DNA of 19,638 nucleotides from a virus (Duplodnaviria; Heunggongvirae; Uroviricota; Caudoviricetes): IMG/VR virus record IMGVR_UViG_2778261223_000002; one strand, 5' to 3'. Shown piece by piece: positions 16,029 to 19,638 of this stretch (position 1 is its first letter; each line of letters starts with the position of its first letter). The notes under the pieces were generated by a model. It saw only the letters and a program-made list of their open reading frames with translations, ran no database searches and was not told where the DNA came from. The position numbers and the translations under genes were made by a program.

Positions 16029-19000
16029 TTTGGGGATTGATGCGGCAGAGTTTAAAAATGAAATTCCCCGTATCAAAAACCTTCTGAATGGTACAGCCAG
16101 CGATGCAGAACGGTCTTCTGCCCGTATGCAGCGTTTTATGGAGCGTCAGACTCAGGCCGCCCGGCAGACAATGCAGGCGGCTTCTTCGGCTGCAACAGCC
16201 GCATCCGTCCATGCGCAGACGGTGGAGAAGAGCGCACAGGCTCATGAACGCATGGCCCGCGAGGTGGAGCAAACCCGCCAGCGTATGGAGGCACTGAGCC
16301 AGAAAATGCGCGAGGAACAGGCGCAGGCCATGGCTCTGGCGGAGGCTCAGGATAAAGCGGCTGCTGCGTTTTATCGTCAGATTGACAGTGTGAAACAGGC
16401 CAGTGCGGGGCTGCAGGAATTACAGCGTATTCAGCAGCAGATCCGACAGGCCAGAAACAGTGGCGGGATTGGTCAGCAGGATTATCTGGCGCTGATTTCT
16501 GAGGTTACGGCGAAAACCCGTGTTCTTACGCAGGCTGAGGCAGAGGCTACCCGACAGAAAGTGGCGTTTATCCGTCAGCTTAAAGAGCAGGCAACCCGCC
16601 AGAATCTTTCTTCTTCTGAGTTGCTTCGTGCTAAGGCTGCCCAGCTGGGGGTAAGCAGTGCTGCAGAAGTGTATATCCGCAAAATGGAGCAGGCAGGAAA
16701 AGCCACGCATTCGCTGGGTCTGAAAAGTGCAGCGGCCCGCCAGGAGATAGGCGTTCTGATAGGTGAACTGGCTCGCGGCAATTTAGGTGCGCTGAGGGGA
16801 TCCGGGATAACGCTGGCTAACCGTGCCGGATGGATAGACACACTGATGTCACCGAAAGGCATGATGCCAGGTGGGGTTATTGGCGGTATTGCCGCGGCCG
16901 TCTATGGTCTGGGTAAAGCCTGGTATGATGGTCAGAAGGAGGGGGAAGAATTTAACCGCCAGTTGTCGCTGACGGGGCATTATGCCGGAGTCACTGCCGG
17001 GCAGCTGTGGACGCTCAGTCGTGCTATTTCCGGGAATGGTATTACGCAACATGCTGCAGCCGGTGCGCTGGCTCAGGTGGTGGGGAGTGGTGCATTTCGT
17101 GGAAACGATATCGGTATGGTGGCGAGAGCTGCCGCACAGATGGAGCGATCGGTTGGCCAGTCGGTCAGCGATACCATAAATCAGTTTAAGCGGCTGAAGG
17201 ATGATCCTGTAAATGCCGCGAAGGCTCTGGACAATGAGCTGCATTTTCTTACTGCCACTCAGCTTGAACAGATACGCGTCCTTGGGGAACAGGGGCGGTC
17301 CAGTGATGCGGCACGGATAGCCATGTCTGCACTGGCAGAGGAAACCGGTCGGCGTACTGCGGATATTGATAATAACCTCAATGCGCTGGGCAGTACGCTG
17401 AAGTATCTGTCTGATTTATGGAGTCGTTTCTGGGATGCGGCCATGAATATTGGTCGTGAAGACTCGCTGGATGAACAGATTGCCGCTTTACAGGAGAAAG
17501 TGTCGCGGGCGAAAAGACTCCCCTGGACGGCATCATCTTCTCAGGTTGAGTACGATCAGCAGCGTCTTAACGAGCTTCAGGAGAAAAAACGCCAGAAGGA
17601 TTTGCAGGATGCAAAAGAGCAGGCAGAGCGGAATTATCAGGAGCAACAGAAACGCCGTAATGCTGAAAATGCTGCACTGAACCGGATGAATGAAACGGAA
17701 GCAGCACGACATCAGCGTGAAATTGCGCGTATTAATGCCATGCAGTACGCCGATCAGGCTGTCAGGGATGCGGCGATACAACGTGAAAATGAACGTTACG
17801 AGAAAGCCCTGGCATCCGGTAAGAAAAAAACACGCGAACCCCGTAATGATGAGGCCACCCGGTTATTGCTGCAGTACAGTCAGCAACAGGCACAGGTGGA
17901 AGGACAGATTGCTGCTGCAAGACAGTCAGCAGGCATTGCCACTGAAAAGATGACAGAAGCGCATAAACAGCTTCTGGCTCTGCAGCAGCGCATCAGCGAT
18001 CTGGACGGGAAAAAACTGACGGCAGATGAAAAGAGTGTGCTGGCCCGTAAAGATGAACTGATTCAGGCACTGACGCTGCTGGATGTAAAACAGCAGGAGC
18101 TTCAGAAACAGACGGCACTCAACGATCTGAAGAAAAAAACAATTCAGCTGACCAGTCAACTGGCTGAAGAAGAGCGCGCTCAGCGTCAGCAACATGACCT
18201 GGATATCGCCACGGTGGGTATGGGTGATCAGCAGCGGCAGCGATATCAGGTACAACTGAGTCTTCGCCAGAAATACCAGCAACAGCTGGAGCAGTTGAGG
18301 CGGGATAGTGAGCAGAAAGGGACATATAACACGGATGACTACAGAAAGGCCGAGCAGGCGCTGACGGAGAGCCTGAACCGACAACTGAATGAGAATCGCC
18401 GTTACTGGCAACAGCTTGAAGTTGTGCAGGGTAACTGGAAAAACGGAGTCCTGCGTGCATTTCAGGATTTTACCGTGGATGCAGACAATACGGCAGGAAC
18501 AGCAGAACAGGTGTTCTCATCAGCCTTCAGCAACATGGGAAATGGCCTGGCAACTTTTGTCACTACCGGCAAACTCAACTTCAAATCCTTCACCTCTTCG
18601 GTGCTGTCAGATATGGCGAAAATCCTGGCGCAGGCAACCATGATGAAATCGATAAAAGGGATTGGCAGTGTACTGGGATTTGATCTCAGCAGCCTTTCCC
18701 TGAATGCCAATGGGGGGATTTATCAGTCTGCTGATTTGAGTCGTTACAGTGGCACGGTGGTTAACCGTCCGACGTTTTTTGCTTTTGCAAAAGGCGCGGG
18801 TGTGATGGGGGAAGCTGGACCTGAAGCCATTCTGCCACTGCGTCGTGGTGCTGACGGTAAGCTGGGGGTTGTGGCGGATATTGGTGGTTCAGGTATGGCG
18901 ATGTTTGCCCCGCAGTACAACATTGAGATCAATAACGATGGCACGAACGGGCAGATAGGTCCGGCTGCCCTGAAGGTGGTTTATGACCTTGGGAAAAAAG

Positions 19001-19065
19001 CGGCAGCGGACTTTATGCAACAGCAGGCCCGTGATGGTGGTCGGTTAAGTGGAGCATATCGGTAA
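16000..19065 (+). CDS. H: Tail tape measure protein (lambda gpH-like)
   Basis: ATG 16000 with GGAGG upstream; about 1021 aa, long Q/A/E/R-rich coiled-coil regions, Gly-rich hydrophobic segment, positioned between G/T and M. Confidence 0.9.
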   Translation: MDQIANLVIDLGIDAAEFKNEIPRIKNLLNGTASDAERSSARMQRFMERQTQAARQTMQAASSAATAASVHAQTVEKSAQAHERMAREVEQTRQRMEALSQKMREEQAQAMALAEAQDKAAAAFYRQIDSVKQASAGLQELQRIQQQIRQARNSGGIGQQDYLALISEVTAKTRVLTQAEAEATRQKVAFIRQLKEQATRQNLSSSELLRAKAAQLGVSSAAEVYIRKMEQAGKATHSLGLKSAAARQEIGVLIGELARGNLGALRGSGITLANRAGWIDTLMSPKGMMPGGVIGGIAAAVYGLGKAWYDGQKEGEEFNRQLSLTGHYAGVTAGQLWTLSRAISGNGITQHAAAGALAQVVGSGAFRGNDIGMVARAAAQMERSVGQSVSDTINQFKRLKDDPVNAAKALDNELHFLTATQLEQIRVLGEQGRSSDAARIAMSALAEETGRRTADIDNNLNALGSTLKYLSDLWSRFWDAAMNIGREDSLDEQIAALQEKVSRAKRLPWTASSSQVEYDQQRLNELQEKKRQKDLQDAKEQAERNYQEQQKRRNAENAALNRMNETEAARHQREIARINAMQYADQAVRDAAIQRENERYEKALASGKKKTREPRNDEATRLLLQYSQQQAQVEGQIAAARQSAGIATEKMTEAHKQLLALQQRISDLDGKKLTADEKSVLARKDELIQALTLLDVKQQELQKQTALNDLKKKTIQLTSQLAEEERAQRQQHDLDIATVGMGDQQRQRYQVQLSLRQKYQQQLEQLRRDSEQKGTYNTDDYRKAEQALTESLNRQLNENRRYWQQLEVVQGNWKNGVLRAFQDFTVDADNTAGTAEQVFSSAFSNMGNGLATFVTTGKLNFKSFTSSVLSDMAKILAQATMMKSIKGIGSVLGFDLSSLSLNANGGIYQSADLSRYSGTVVNRPTFFAFAKGAGVMGEAGPEAILPLRRGADGKLGVVADIGGSGMAMFAPQYNIEINNDGTNGQIGPAALKVVYDLGKKAAADFMQQQARDGGRLSGAYR

Positions 19066-19394
19066 TGGAGACGTTTCACTGGAAAGTGCGCCCGGATATG
19101 AATGTGGTATCAGAGCCGAAAGTGGTGACAGTGAAGCTGGGCGATGGTTATGAACAGCGTCGTGCGGCGGGACTGAATAACCAGTTGTCGACTTACAGCG
19201 TGACGATACGTGTTCGTAAATGTGAACACCCATCTTTAAAAGCCTTTCTGGAACGGCACGGTGGCGTCCGCGCATTTCAGTGGACGCCACCTTATGACTG
19301 GAAACCGATTAGGGTGGTTTGTCGTAAATGGTCGGCAAGCGTGGGGGCGCTGTGGGTAACCATAACGGCAGATTTTGAACAGGTCGTGGCATAG
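19065..19394 (+). CDS. M: Minor tail protein M
   Basis: 109 aa, same length as lambda gpM and strongly similar (FHWKV ... GDGY ... TYSV ... HGG ... WTPPY ... EFEQVV); overlaps the H stop (TAATG). Confidence 0.9.
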   Translation: METFHWKVRPDMNVVSEPKVVTVKLGDGYEQRRAAGLNNQLSTYSVTIRVRKCEHPSLKAFLERHGGVRAFQWTPPYDWKPIRVVCRKWSASVGALWVTITADFEQVVA

Positions 19395-19403
19395 GAGGCT
19401 CTG

Positions 19404-19589
19404 ATGCAGGATATTCCACAGGAAACACATCATGAGACGACACGCCTCACTCAGTCAGCCCAGGTGGTGCTCTGGGAAATCGATCTGACAGAGGTCGGTG
19501 GTGAACGTTATTTTTTCTGTAATGAGCAGAACGAAAAAGGTGAGCCGGTTACCTGGCAGGGTGAACTGCACCCCAAATGTTGGACATAA
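19404..19589 (+). pseudogene. L: Minor tail protein L, truncated after about 53 codons
   Basis: N-terminus MQDI.QET ... VVLWEIDLTEVGGERYFFCNEQNEKGEPVTWQG matches the lambda gpL N-terminus, then diverges (ELHPKCWT-stop); full-length gpL is about 230 aa. Confidence 0.6.
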
Positions 19590-19638
19590 TCTGACATCTG
19601 AAGGTGCAGTTTATGAAACATTCATTTGAAGTAAAACT
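19562..19638 (+). mobile_element. Possible IS3-family insertion sequence left end (partial, runs off the window)
   Basis: Sequence TGAACTGCACCCCAAATGTTGGACA begins exactly where gpL similarity ends and resembles IS3-family terminal inverted repeats; a new ORF (MKHSFEVK...) starts at 19613 with an AGGTG RBS. Confidence 0.3.

Overview
The window is the late region of a lambdoid (siphovirus-type) prophage of an enterobacterium, read left to right on the + strand: rusA, Q antiterminator, the pR'/tR' late promoter and terminator, a cargo block, a lysis module, a minus-strand Ais-like phosphatase moron, a lambda-like cos site, terminase small and large subunits, head genes and lambda-like tail genes Z-U-V-G/T-H-M. 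The cargo block holds an AppY/PatE-like AraC regulator, a tRNA cluster, two unusual tRNA-like genes and terminator-bounded non-coding units. The lysis module is a TerB-like protein, three small membrane proteins and an M15 peptidase endolysin, with no recognisable Rz/Rz1 spanins. Tail gene L is cut short after about 53 codons where an IS3-family-like terminal sequence begins. The best candidates for something new are (i) the two paralogous non-canonical tRNA-like genes with Lys(UUU)- and Tyr(GUA)-like anticodon loops that both carry C33, possibly counter-defence tRNAs or decoys against anticodon nucleases, and (ii) the Ais-like LPS-core phosphatase moron with a PmrA-box-like direct repeat upstream. 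All protein calls rest on motif and recollected-homolog reading of the ORF track, with no database search run; coordinates of RNA and regulatory features may be off by a few nt.
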